DNA of 63,831 bases, counting the filler, from Pelomyxa schiedti (Eukaryota > Protista > Evosea): the NCBI GenBank assembly GCA_020536535.1. It is 11 parts of 11 records of this genome, joined end to end, with 100 filler letters (N's around TTAATTAATTAA, not from the genome) between each part and the next. Parts side by side here need not be neighbours in the genome. Positions count along the whole stretch, not along the records: positions 21,946 to 41,641 come from JAHLWZ010000043.1; 10 more parts are not named here. The stretch is one strand, 5' to 3'. Below are positions 26,441 through 38,249 of the stretch, piece by piece. The notes below the pieces were generated by a model. The model was not told the origin of the DNA. It made no database searches and was given only the letters and a program-made list of their open reading frames with translations. Both the position numbers and the translations under genes were made by a program. The number at the start of each line of letters is the position of its first letter. Position 1 is the first letter of the stretch.

Positions 26441-29148
26441 GTGATGGCTGCGACGAAGCGCCACGCTGACGACAGCAACAGCTCCTACGTGGGGTCCCTC
26501 GTCGAGCAGGCCAACGCAGGCAACGCCAAGGCGATGCGCGACCTAGCCCGCTGCTACCACTACGGCACCCGCGGCGTGGCCAAGTGCCTGGACCGCGCCA
26601 GCGACTGGTACCGCGCCGCGCGCGACGGCGGCGGCCTGTGCTTCGTCGGCCGCGAGTACTACAACGACGGCGCCGCGGGCACAAGCCGCCGCCACGTGGA
26701 CAAGGCGGTGTCGGCGTGGACCACGGCTGCCGTCGAATTCGGCGACCACTGGGCCATGGTGTGCCTTGCGTGGTGCTACAGTCGCGGCGTGGGCGTGGAG
26801 CGCGACCTGCCGAGGGCTGTGGCGCTCTACGAAGGCGCGATCAGCGGCGGGTCCAAGGCGCACTCGTGGTGGCTCGGCGCGTGCTATCTGCGCGGCGACG
26901 GGGTGGAGAGGGACTGGGGCAGGGCCGCGGGGCTCATGCAGCGGGCCGGGGACGACGGCGACGCGCAGGCGTATCTCGGGTGGTGCTATTTGTGGGGCGA
27001 TGGTGGTGGCGGCGGTGGCGGAGTGGAGAGGGACGTGGCGAAGGCTGTGAAGCTGCTCAGCAGCGCTGCTTCGGTGTTTGTGTCTAGTGCGAGGGCGAGG
27101 GTGTTCCTTGGGTATTGCTATCAGATGGGAATCGGGGTTGAGCGGGATGCAAAGTGGGCTGGTGAGCTGTTCAACAAGGCCAAGGGCTCGGCACCATGGG
27201 ATGCAGCGGCACTTGGGGAGCTCGGGGAGTTTTGTCAGAGGGGTGACTGCGGAGCACCAACAGACAAGAGAGCTGCTGCTGGATACTTCCAGATGGGTGC
27301 TGATGGTGGTGATCCAGTTTCAATGTTTCACCTTGGTGTGTGTCTCAGGGATGGTGACGGTGTGGATTGTGATCCAGAGCGGTCACACCACTGGCTGGTA
27401 AAGGCTGCCGAGCTCAGGCACAGAGGTGCAGCCAAGATCCTCTCTTCTTTATCAATCGAAGGGAAGAACAAGTCAGCTCAACAACAAGATATTGTTGGTT
27501 CACTGGAAACAATTTTGAAGGAACAGGAGCTCCCTGCAGGAGTGGCACATTCTGAAGAGGGGCGTAAGAAATCTGAAAGTATACAGGGACAAATCGTTGC
27601 GGAAAATCTGAGGAAACACCTCACAGAAGAAGAGGAACACAAGGTTTCTCCCTCCTTTTCCACATCACTTAAGAACACAATCATAAATCAAATCAGACAA
27701 TTGTGAACAAAATGATTTCACTGATGTCAGCAACTGTTGGTGATTTTTCCGTAGAGAAACTGATTGGAACAGGCTCAAATGCTTCTGCTGTTTTCCAAGT
27801 GCAATACCAAGCCACAAGAACAACGATGTCAGTGACTTCATGTATGAATGCTTCTGCTTGTTCAGAAACAAAGACTGAGATGGTGATGAAGATCATTTTC
27901 AACTGGGAGAACACACCACATGTGAGGAAATACATGGCCGAGTGCGTTGTCCTCTCACTGGTTCCAAATCACCCAAATGTTATCCACGCTCTTGGTGCCT
28001 TGATCATCCCATGGTATTTCTTCTTGTTTTTGTATTTTTCAATTTCAATAAAATCAACACATTGGTTTTTACTGCACAGCCTTCCAGCTGAGTTTGTGGA
28101 AAAATTACCAAGTGGCAACAAGGAGTCTCTCAGGGAACTCTGCAACAAACAATCGTTGGCCATCCTCATGCCCCATTGTGGGGTCACCCTTTCATCATTC
28201 ATCCTCTCTTCCTCCAGGAATCACACAACAGCCCAAGTTGTACAGAATCTGCTTGTTCAAGCACTCAAGGCCATCTGCCACATTGAGTCACATTTTGTTG
28301 TCCACAGGTTTTGTGTTCCCTAGCTTCAATGCCCGAATTTGTAACAAACACACCAACAAACACAGGGACATCAAGGGAGACAGCATTCTTGTTGATCCAG
28401 AGACTGGAAAACTGACATTGATCGACTTTGGTGAAGCACAGCACTGTCCAAACATGGAGATGATGGTGTCAGCCACAGCACAAGCATGGGGAAACACAGG
28501 CACCATACCACCAGAGCTGAGCATGTTCCTCCAGAGGATGACAACAATTGATGCCAGTGGTGTGTTCTCATACTCAAAGTGTGACTCTTTTGCCCTCGCC
28601 CTCACTTTCTACAATGCACTTCTACCACCTGATCACAAGTTCATTGGGCACCATCACATGAACCGTGACATGAGTGCATTCAACACCCAGTCACTCCGCA
28701 GAGAGTTCCCTGTCCCTTTGTTTTCGTCATCAGCATCAGCACAACTGTCAGCAGAATTGCAAGCACAACCAACACCAACAGCAACAAAACGGCTACGCCA
28801 TAGCAACAGCAGGAGCACAATCANNNNNNNNNNNNNNNNNNNNNNNNNNNNNNNNNNNNNNNNNNNNNNNNNNNNNNNNNNNNNNNNNNNNNNNNNNNNN
28901 NNNNNNNNNNNNNNNNNNNNNNNGAGTTCCCTGTCCCTTTGTTTTCGTCATCAGCATCAGCACAACTGTCAGCAGAATTGCAAGCACAACCAACACCAAC
29001 AGCAACAAAACGGCTACGCCATAGCAACAGCAGGAGCACAATCACGGAGCAACCCCTGCTTCTTGAGTCAGTGATGATTGGAATGATGATCCCTGAAAAA
29101 GCAGCCAGGCTCTGTGCTGCTGGTGCCATCGAGGCACTCACTTCTTGA
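26441..29148 (+). CDS. Sel1-repeat / protein kinase fusion (introns 27644-27696, 28014-28079, 28308-28365)
   Basis: Removing the 53-bp GT-AG intron joins the Sel1 ORF in frame to the kinase: IGTGSNASAV, VMKII, HRDIKGDSIL, IDFGEAQ, GNTGTIPPE, SKCDSFAL. Confidence 0.85.
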
Positions 29149-29331
29149 TCTTGGGAATGGAGTTCGGTGGGAATCGTAAGCAAGAGAAAAATCAATGGCC
29201 CCGCTCAGAATCGAACTGAGATCAAGAGAGCCAAAATCTCCCATACTAACCATTATACTACGGAGCCTCAGATTTCTGTCATCCCAATCACACCAGTTTT
29301 CGGCGGCCTCTGGTTTTCTTGCTCTGGTCTG

Positions 29332-29403
29332 AACGAGATAACTCAGAGGAAGAGTATTGGACTTCGGATCCAAGGGTCGCAGGTTCGATCCCTGCACAGC
29401 GCG
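29332..29403 (+). tRNA. tRNA-Arg(TCG)-like gene with unpaired acceptor stem (possible pseudogene)
   Basis: D stem ACTC/GAGT, anticodon arm TTGGA-CTTCGGA-TCCAA, T arm GCAGG-TTCGATC-CCTGC, and a T5 run downstream. The 5' strand AACGAGA pairs with 3' ACAGCGC at only 1 of 7 positions. Confidence 0.55.
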
Positions 29404-29418
29404 GATAATTTTTAGTTT

Positions 29419-30780
29419 TCAGTCGAGGGAGATACCCTCTTGTGACACAATGAGAGCAGAGGGGCAGAACTCGCCCCACAGGGTTGTGTCACTTCTAGTC
29501 ATCATCAGTGTTACAATTGGACATCCGTTTCCTGTAACCGTTATCTGGGATTCTCCGTGGTGGGAGAACAAGGCCATGCTGCCACCAAACCTGAATCCAC
29601 ATACATCTTTCAGGGGCTTTCTTCTCAGGAGGGTGCCTTCCACAGGTTTGTTGACATCACTGACAACAGAATCAGTATCAGTCTGAAGGAGAAATTGAGA
29701 GCACCCAACTTTGAAGATTGTAGAAAACTCAATAAGTGGTAATGTAGAACCAGAGTCCATTGAGTACAGCCATGCCTTCTTTCTTTCCTGGAGGGTACTG
29801 GATTCCACCACAACGACAAAGGCAGAGCCACTGTCAGACCAGCACACTGCTGGAAAATACTCATGGACGTGCCTCTGTAAGACGAGGCGCTCTATTATCT
29901 TCTCAAATACCAAGGTGTGACTCTGATAGGTCCTTTCCAAATCGAGGTCACTCAGCTGCAGCCACGACACCCTCTTATTCTCCAGGCGTGATACGCCCCT
30001 CAATGCAGGCATATCCGCATTGCCAGATGATCCTTGCCTGAAGTGCCAGTCATTTGTGTGCCTGCTCAAATCGATGTGAAGCTGGATTGTTGTGTGTGGC
30101 TCCCCTGGTAACGTGCCCTCGACCTTCCAAATGTGCATTTCACTGACACCATCACGCCTGCCATCATCAGTCACAGCCACAATCCACTCTGGGCTACATG
30201 CCACCCTGATTCCCGAGATGGCTGCATGAAATGTGAAATCCCACGCCCCGGTCCTGTTCCCATAATCCGCCTTCTCAGTGCCATCACCGTCGCCAAACGG
30301 GAGGGAATTCCAAGCGCTACTATCCTCGGGGTCATCCATCCCATGATCCATTCTGAACAGCCTCCTGCCTGTGGTAGGGCGCAACCAATCAGTTTCCAGG
30401 AACAGCAGCACCGAGGACGAGCTGTCGAGCCTCCCGACGAGGGACAGCGACCCGCAGCGGGTGTCCATCACCCTCGGGGGCGAGCACACGCCCCCGCCGT
30501 GGCGCGAGACGCGGAGCCACACAAGCTGCGTGACCAGCGAGTCGTCGCGGTCGCTGGACGAGGCCAGGGCTACGGCGCAGGCCGCCGGGGGAAGGGAGGC
30601 GCCGCGGCCGTGGCGGCGGCCCAGCAGCCAGAGGCAGATCTCGGCGACGAGGGGCGGAGAGAGCAGCGAGCCGAGGAGGGAGTGGGAGCCGCAGCGTGGC
30701 ACCAGCGCACAGAGCAGGGCTCGGGCCTGCGACCATGCGTCGACATGAACGTGGATCTCCGTTGCGGATTTGAGTGACGT
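29419..30780 (-). CDS. Hypothetical protein with DAWSQARALLCALVPRCG N-terminal family motif; start uncertain
   Basis: Open frame 29419-30702 extends further upstream without an in-frame ATG. Beta-rich body. Confidence 0.6.
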   Translation of the reverse strand, partial: TSLKSATEIHVHVDAWSQARALLCALVPRCGSHSLLGSLLSPPLVAEICLWLLGRRHGRGASLPPAACAVALASSSDRDDSLVTQLVWLRVSRHGGGVCSPPRVMDTRCGSLSLVGRLDSSSSVLLFLETDWLRPTTGRRLFRMDHGMDDPEDSSAWNSLPFGDGDGTEKADYGNRTGAWDFTFHAAISGIRVACSPEWIVAVTDDGRRDGVSEMHIWKVEGTLPGEPHTTIQLHIDLSRHTNDWHFRQGSSGNADMPALRGVSRLENKRVSWLQLSDLDLERTYQSHTLVFEKIIERLVLQRHVHEYFPAVCWSDSGSAFVVVVESSTLQERKKAWLYSMDSGSTLPLIEFSTIFKVGCSQFLLQTDTDSVVSDVNKPVEGTLLRRKPLKDVCGFRFGGSMALFSHHGESQITVTGNGCPIVTLMMTRSDTTLWGEFCPSALIVSQEGISLD

Positions 30781-30856
30781 GGTGCTTCGGGAGTTCTCAG
30801 GGTTCGTGAGAAGAAATTAGTTGTGATGCTTCTGCGAACGGAAACAGGCCGAAGAG

Positions 30857-33712
30857 ATGCAGCTTGGTGCTGGGGCGTCAGTTCTCGGCCGGATCTACGA
30901 CTTGTTGTCGGGGCGAAGATCCCCTCCCAAGGACGGCAATGACGATAGTAACAACAATAACAGTAAAGAGCAGTGTCGTAACATGGGGGGTGACCGGCCA
31001 ATGTCGCGGCACGCCGAGGTTCTTTTTGTAGCACTCAAACGTGCTCACAGGGTATTGTTCTCTGTTTTTTGTTTTTTGTTTTTGTGTTTTTTGTTTTTGT
31101 GTTTTTTGTTTTTTGTTTTTTTGTTTTGTTTATCATGTGGCGCTTCTTAAGGAGGCCATACTTGGAGTCGAGAAAACGAGACTATCTGTTCAGAACAGCA
31201 GGGAGCGATTGGAAGTGCTCGACAGGAGGCTACACGCTCTGTCGTACACGCATGCCCACTTGCAATCACAGATATCTGGTTGCCGGATGGCTGGGTATGC
31301 CATTTGTAACATTGCCATCATACATTTTCATTTTGACCGTGTGGTGCCAAGGTTCCTTGCTTCTTCCATTTCGAAGCTGGCACCAGATAGTGTTTTTTTC
31401 AAAAGCAGTCTTGCACTGCAACTCCCATCACCACTGAATGTGCAACCGCCGTCGCCAACAACTTCTCCAACTGATGTGCACCTTTACACAAAGGCACGTC
31501 TGACTTTTGAACTTGAATACCGGAAGAAGTACCTCCCTCCACCCTCTCACTTTTTTTTTCCTCCTCTCTCTTATCAATTTGGTTCCTCCTGTTTTATGCA
31601 AAAGATTGTTGGAACAATTGGAAGAAAGGAGAGCAAGGAAAAAAGCCCTCACTGAAATGCTCGCAGTCAACAAACGCTTCTTGATCTCAATCCCAGAATT
31701 AATCGGCAAACTCAAGCAAGATGCTCAGCAAGGGTCCCAGAGCTTCTCCGTCACCGTTCTTCCAACAGCCCATGTGAATTCCTGCTTTTTACTTCCGCCG
31801 GCACTTTACACACTGTACACGAACATTTGGTCTTATGTCACAGCAAAAGGTAAGAGATCGTGCTGCACACGCTTCTTCTTACTCCCGGCTTTCTATCAAT
31901 CACTCACGAATACCGAAATAAGGTAGACTCGGATTTGACTGTCAGGATTATTGAAAGGAAACCGGAGGTTGGTGATATCACCAATACACCAGATTTAAAC
32001 ACATTGTATCCCCTTAACTTGAAGTGTTTAGACAACATGTGTGAGCCCTTACACGGTGGCACTTGAAATAACATCTGGTATAATCATCATTATTATTGAT
32101 TGCCACCACCACATTTCCATTCCTGTTACTCCGTCTCAACAACGTTTACTACCACTCAGAGATCAAGGTCACAATCTCTTTCGACCTCGTTGACTGTCAA
32201 TCTGGTAACACACTTCCAAGTCTTCTTGTAGCTCCTTCCTCACCTAACAACAACGCAAAGTGCCAGTCTGCAGTTGTGTCTGCAAGTCTTGCTGCCAGTC
32301 TGGGGGGAAGAAGATTTCCGTGACTTTGGTTTTCCCATCAGCAAACACAAGTTCACAGTTCTCATTTGGGACTACTTTTCTGCTCAGTAACATATTCACG
32401 GGTGACCCAGGGTTATCAACTGGGTCTGGGTAAGGTTTCCATCACTTCGCAACAACTCGTGACCTTTTTGCCCACCAAGGAATTCGCAGCTTTTTATGTG
32501 GGCACAGTGGCTATCTGGGCTGCACAGTTCTCCTTTTGAGTGCCGTGATTCCATGGTGGAGGAAACATTGAAGAGATTGAAATGGAGACTGAAGGCACTC
32601 TCTTCCTTGTCAACACAGTTGAGTTTATTACGTACGTACGAAAACAAAAACCTTTGCACCACTGAAATAAATCTCAATGATGTGAGAACAGTGAAGGGAA
32701 CAATTCTCCAAATTCCCAATTTTCCAAAAACCGGAACAGTGCTGTCGAGCTTCACTGAAATTCTTGAGGTGTTAACCCTATTTACTTTTTAATTATATCA
32801 CCCATTAACTGATTTACAATCAAAAAGACACAACCTCCTGCTGTTGCACCAAGTCAACCTTCCACTGCGGTACCCCCTCCACGCTCACCATCACCCAATC
32901 CCTCTGTTGATCTTACAACATCGGAAGCACTTGTAGAGGATGGCGAACTCACTTGCGGTGCACCTCCTCCACCACCGCCTCCGCCGCCAAAGCCAGTCAC
33001 GCGGAGTACCACACCTCCCCCTTCTTCTTCACACACCGTAATACCGCAGCTGTCTTCGTTACAAAGGGTGCGAAGTTTCAGAGCAGTACTCACTTGCAGT
33101 AATAGTATGCCGCCTGCCACTTTTCAACAACTAACTAACACTTGAAGGACAAATGGAATGTGTCATCGAAATTACACCCCAATATCCAGTCATTTCTCCG
33201 CAGTGGTCTATCAAGCTGGGATCGATAACCGGAAACGCTTCCGCTACGGGGTTACAGTCTCCGCCCCGGCCACCTCTTTCACCGGCACATAAACTCACCC
33301 AGATAACCTCACCTCTGTCGTCTCCGCTTCTTTTCGATAACGCTCTGAAGGTTACTCCCCATCCTATCTAATAGGTGTAACCCATTGGCCTCACGATTGC
33401 CAGGCAATTGAAGTGAGTATCAACTCATTTGGCAAGGATGTTTCAAACTGGTATTGCACCAAAGCCAACTTGCTCTTGACGCACCAGCTCCGAAGTCTCC
33501 AAGTTTGTTCCCCTCTTTTTCATTCTTTCCATAACCCTACCGCTATTTATATTTACCATACCCGGCCAGGTTTTACTGGATTCCTATGTGGAAAGGTATT
33601 AAATTTCTGAATGCGTCTTTCAAGTAAGTAACCCTACAACAGCAACAAAGCAACGAGATGCGGCCGTGACCGGCACTTGATTATTGACAATACCACATTC
33701 CAAGTGGAATAG
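30857..33712 (+). CDS. THOC5: THO complex subunit 5 homologue (multi-exon)
   Basis: Exon peptides LKRAHR...LHALSYTHAHLQSQISGC, ARLTFELEYRKK, LLPPALYTLY, FMWAQWLSGL, IEITPQYP and C-terminal CGRDR occur in THOC5 motif order. Confidence 0.72.
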
Positions 33713-33826
33713 ATACAGAGTGCGGTAACCATTACTAGTGAAACTCGAAGCCAATACCACCGAAAAACACCCACAAACACCTTTTGTTGTTTTTCATTGA
33801 CAAAATATCAAATCAAAAGAAAAAGG

Positions 33827-36110
33827 ATGGCAGCAACGTCGCCAACGGCAACGACGCTGACGTGTAACAGCGTCGGCGTACCAGCAACCACCACGACTCC
33901 GACTACGAGGGAGATGGCGCTGGAGCGCGCCGTGATGGTGTCGCGCGTGGTGTGGGACGCCGTCCTCGTGCCCTGGCTCGTGCCCAAGCTCCGCCGTGGG
34001 CGCCACCACCCCCTGAGGATCAAGCACGCGGCGACGCTGTGCGTGGTGGGCGAGGCGCTGTTCCCGCTGAGGGGCGTGGTGCTCAGGGCACTCGTGGCCC
34101 CTCCCAACAAGTGGCACGTGGCCCTGCTCGCGGCGGCGGAGGCGGGGAGCACCTCGTGCGTGGACTGGCTCATCGCATGGAGGAGGATGGCGAGAGAGAG
34201 CGAGGCGGGGACGGAAACCGAGGGAGGAGTGGGAGAGGGAGGAGGAGCAAGCCAGAGAATGATGATGGTGATGGGCAGGACGAGGAGGAGGAGGAGGGAG
34301 AACAAGGAGTTCATGTGTGTGCTTGGGGGGCTGTGTGTGGGCGGAAACCTGGAGGACGCTCAGAGGCTCGTTGGAGGGGGCTGGCCTGGCCTCACGTGGG
34401 AGTCAAACAGGGAACAGAATATTGGCGTTGGCGGCGTGGAGGAGAGAGGAGGGCGAACAGGAGCAAATTACTGGGGGGAGCAGGAGCTGGCTGAAAACGT
34501 GAGGGCTTGTGGAATTTTGAGGGGGGTTTGTGAGAGGGGGTGGATGGAGGTTGCCAAGTGGTTGATTCAGAGGTTTGGAATCAAGGATCCGTGGGAATTT
34601 GTTCAGCCACTTGGATCTGCTCTGGCCGGTGGTCACCTGGAGTTGGCTCAGTGGATGGTTGACACCTTTGATTTGGTGCCAAGGTTCAATAGATACAGCT
34701 CTGTGGACTTTCACTCAAAGGCGTGCAAGAGTGGGAACCTGGATGTTGTCAAGTGGTGCTTTGAAACGTTTCCTCATGTGGATATCTACAGTACTGTCAC
34801 AGGTTGCATTGGGGGAAAGAGGAGCAGCAGTGTTGAAATCTGCAACTACGTCAGCAAGCACATTGAGTTCCCTGATGATCTTGACCCCTTGGAGGAGGGT
34901 AGCATCAGAAGGCTTGATGTGCTGAAGTGGGTGATGTCTGAACTGCCTGCTGTTGACGAAAGTGTTTCCATGGAAGTTGTGGAGGACTTCTCTAGAAAAA
35001 GTGAAGGAATTGAGTTCATCAAGTTCTTTGTGGAAAGCAACTTAATCACAGTAACACCAGCGCTCTTCCTCACAGCCTGCAAGAACTTCAAAGATAGCAC
35101 ACAACTGAAGTGGCTGTCAACTAGGTTGTCACTTTCACAAGAGGATATTGACAATTCGTTTGTCACCGCATTGGGCCACAGCAACACATTGATTGCGTCA
35201 TGGTTGGAAGATTCCCACCACATCTTGGAACGGTATAAGGGAGTCACAGCTGCAGGGCAGCTCCTTGTGAGAGTGTGCAAAGGAATTCCTTTTTTCAGAG
35301 GAGGGGTTGCAGGCCTGGAGTGGCTTCTGAGGCGGCTGGATTTCACTGGTACCCTTCAGCATCAAACAGGGTTTGTTGTTGACGGTGTGAGAGAGCTTTT
35401 GATCAACCCGAAGTCAACGAGGGCGGCAAGCCTGCTCCTTGAGAAGTTCCCAATGATCTCTGAACAAGACAAGTCAGAACTCCTCACACAGGCCCTCAGA
35501 GAAAGCATTCAACGTGATTCTCTCCAACAGGTACAAACGATTGCATCCATGGTGGAGAACAACATCCATGGGTTAACCAAGGAGTCTGTCTCAAAGTGCC
35601 TTTTATGCCCAGTTGGATTTCACTCCAGCAAAGCAGTGAAGTGGCTGATCACACACTTTCAACTGCAACGGGAACACATCACAGCTGACAACAACAAGAT
35701 CCTGTTCAAACTGATTTCGTGGGGACAAGAGTGCTGTGCAGAGTGGCTCATCAACAGGTTCACTATCACGTTGGAGGAGGTAAAGGCACCCGCAACCTCA
35801 CATCACTTTCTGACTGGTTCGTGTGTTTTCTTTTCAGGTTTTGAGGTTGTCCTGGGGCCCCTCTTCATTCCTCCTTGTTGACTTGGCGACATGGCAGATG
35901 ATTGTTGAGGTGTTACCAGGTATCACAGCTGACAACATCAAAGAGAAGTTCCTGAAGCTCGTGTGCCATTCACCTGTCATCACACAGTTCACACTGAGGC
36001 ACTTCCCTGATGTGACTATTCAGGACATCACCGACGTATGTATTCCCCGTGCTGAATATTATCTAGGGTGCTGGCTGATAGACACCAACCATCGATACAT
36101 TTTTCCTTGA
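33827..36110 (+). CDS. Degenerate ankyrin-like repeat family member (intron 35780-35837)
   Basis: Same N-terminal cassette, repeats and DLATWQM...CHSPVI...FPD terminal exon as 23971-26304. Confidence 0.85.
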
Positions 36111-36204
36111 AATCCAATAACTTTTTTTCCGACGTGCACGCAATGATGACTGGCTCAATCTGGCTACAGTTGGAGGCACCGAAAAACGCAACACAAAGCA
36201 CAGA

Positions 36205-37782
36205 ATGACAACACCCGAACTCAACACAACAGCAACATCGACGGCACAACACGTGTTGGACAACGACAACAGCGGCGCCCACCACCACCACCACGACACC
36301 CACGCCCAGCAGCAGCAGCAGCAGCAGCAACAGCAACCCCGCAGCGGCGGGGGCGGCATGGCTACGACGATAAGGAGGAGGGTGACCCTGTGGCCGCGGG
36401 AGATCCCCACCGCGTCGCAGGAGAAGGCGCAGGGGCAGGGGAGGGGCGGCGCCGCGCGCAGCGGGCGGCCGCCGTTGCTGCACTACAGTGGCCCCCCAGG
36501 GACAGCAGCAAACTGGGGGACAGGAGCGGGAGCGGGTGCCGGGCGCGGCGGTGGTGGGGGAGGGGGTGTTACGATTGTTGGGGGGGGACTTGGTGCGGGA
36601 GTTCCTGTGGTGTGGAGGGAGGGGGCGCAGGGGGTGGTGCGCGGCACAACGACGATGCCGGTGCCGCGGGGGGATGTGATCGGCCCGCCGATGCAGGTGT
36701 CACTGATGCATCAGGAGCAAGAGCGGCGCGGCTGCGGGGGGGGCTCTTATGGCCCCGCGGCGCGGTTGTGGAGTCAGCGGCACAATTCAGCTGTGTATTC
36801 TTATTGTGGCGGTGGTGGTGGTGGCGGTGGACAGCAGGCTGTGGTCACAGGGTTGTATTTTCCGGTGTGCAGTGTTGGAACAGGGAAAGGAACCTTGAGA
36901 AGAAGGGCATCTTATGGAGACTCCTTCAGTTCTTTTGGACATCATGGTTCCTGTTCTTACATTTTTTAAATACCCGTTCTTTACTCACATGAACATAGAT
37001 GCAAACTTTCCTGAGGGCTGGAAGGAGAGCACCGGCATAAAGACTACTCCTGCGAATGGTATTGAACATTCTCGCCCAATAAAGCGGCGCAGGTCTATCT
37101 CGCCTGCAGTGCACGAGATGGCTCTTACAACAGATGATATCTTCAACTTGTTAAGGTACAAATATTTTTTCCTAACTTCATCCGATTTTATTATTCTTTA
37201 CAGAGACATAAAGGACCCAGATTGTATTGAAAACTCCCTTGAAAGTTCCCACATAATTTGCCGGTGTGAAATTTAATTATAAAAATTGCACTGCCATAAT
37301 AACGTATCCGCAGTGACCTGATCAAAGTCGATTCCCGCACTGGAATTATTCAAGTGGGGATTCTTCCCACATGCCAAACCACGAACGTTGCCCTTGTGGG
37401 ACTGTGCATCAGAACCCGCCTGGACCAAGACCTCATCCTCCCTCTCACTCACAAAGTTGACCTCATTGTATTCCCTCCTCCCTCCCTCAACAAAAACGCC
37501 GAAAACAACAACACTAACAGCAGCAACAATCCACCTGATAAACAACAAGTGCTCTCTTGCACGTCCTATGGTACTACTACTGCTACTAGTAGTAGCACAT
37601 GCCAAGCACAACAAGTCACAACACCAACTCCTAATTCCCATAATCATCATCATGATGATTTGTGGCCGCAGTACAAGAAGCACTGCCAGCACCCCCTCAC
37701 CAAGCAGCTCAACGATAAAGAGCGAGTCGCAGCAGCAATGGAACAACAACCCCTCTTGGTTGCAGTCCTCAGTCTGCTCTGA
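36205..37782 (+). CDS. Hypothetical low-complexity protein (poly-H/Q/G), multi-exon
   Basis: ORFs 36205-36969, 36914-37276 and 37354-37782 are collinear, with a GC-rich 5' part. Confidence 0.5.
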
Positions 37783-38249
37783 TCACCAGATCTCCAACCC
37801 AAACGGTTTTAGTTGTAGGAAAAAACAACTTTGGGACTCACACTAGGGGGTTTTTGGTACAAAAAACGAAAATCTGTTCCAAAAAGTACTTTTTTTCTGT
37901 GAATTTCTGTGGCCTGTGGTTTTGTCACAGGGTGCGAGGCATGTGGTTGTCAGAGCTTGTTGTAACATGGACAACTAAATATTATTGTCACAACCAGCAA
38001 CAGTAATGACTGAAAACCAAGGTCTTTTTTTTTCTGGACCAGGGCACTTTTTGGGCAAAAAAAATTCCTTTCTCCCTTCAGGGCACAGAGACTGCTGCAG
38101 GACCAAGCACATTTTCTGGTCCACCCTTTGGGCCAGGTAAATCCAAAAGAGCAGATTTTTCCATCCACCCACGACTGAGAACAACACTCTGAACGAATTT
38201 TTTAGTGTGAGTCCCAAACTTTGTTATTTCAAATAATCCACGAAAGGGA

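Noticed and set aside
31060-31135. T-rich microsatellites (also (TTTTTG)n near 52240-52275)
   Set aside because: Ordinary intronic pyrimidine tracts in THOC5 and PUS3.
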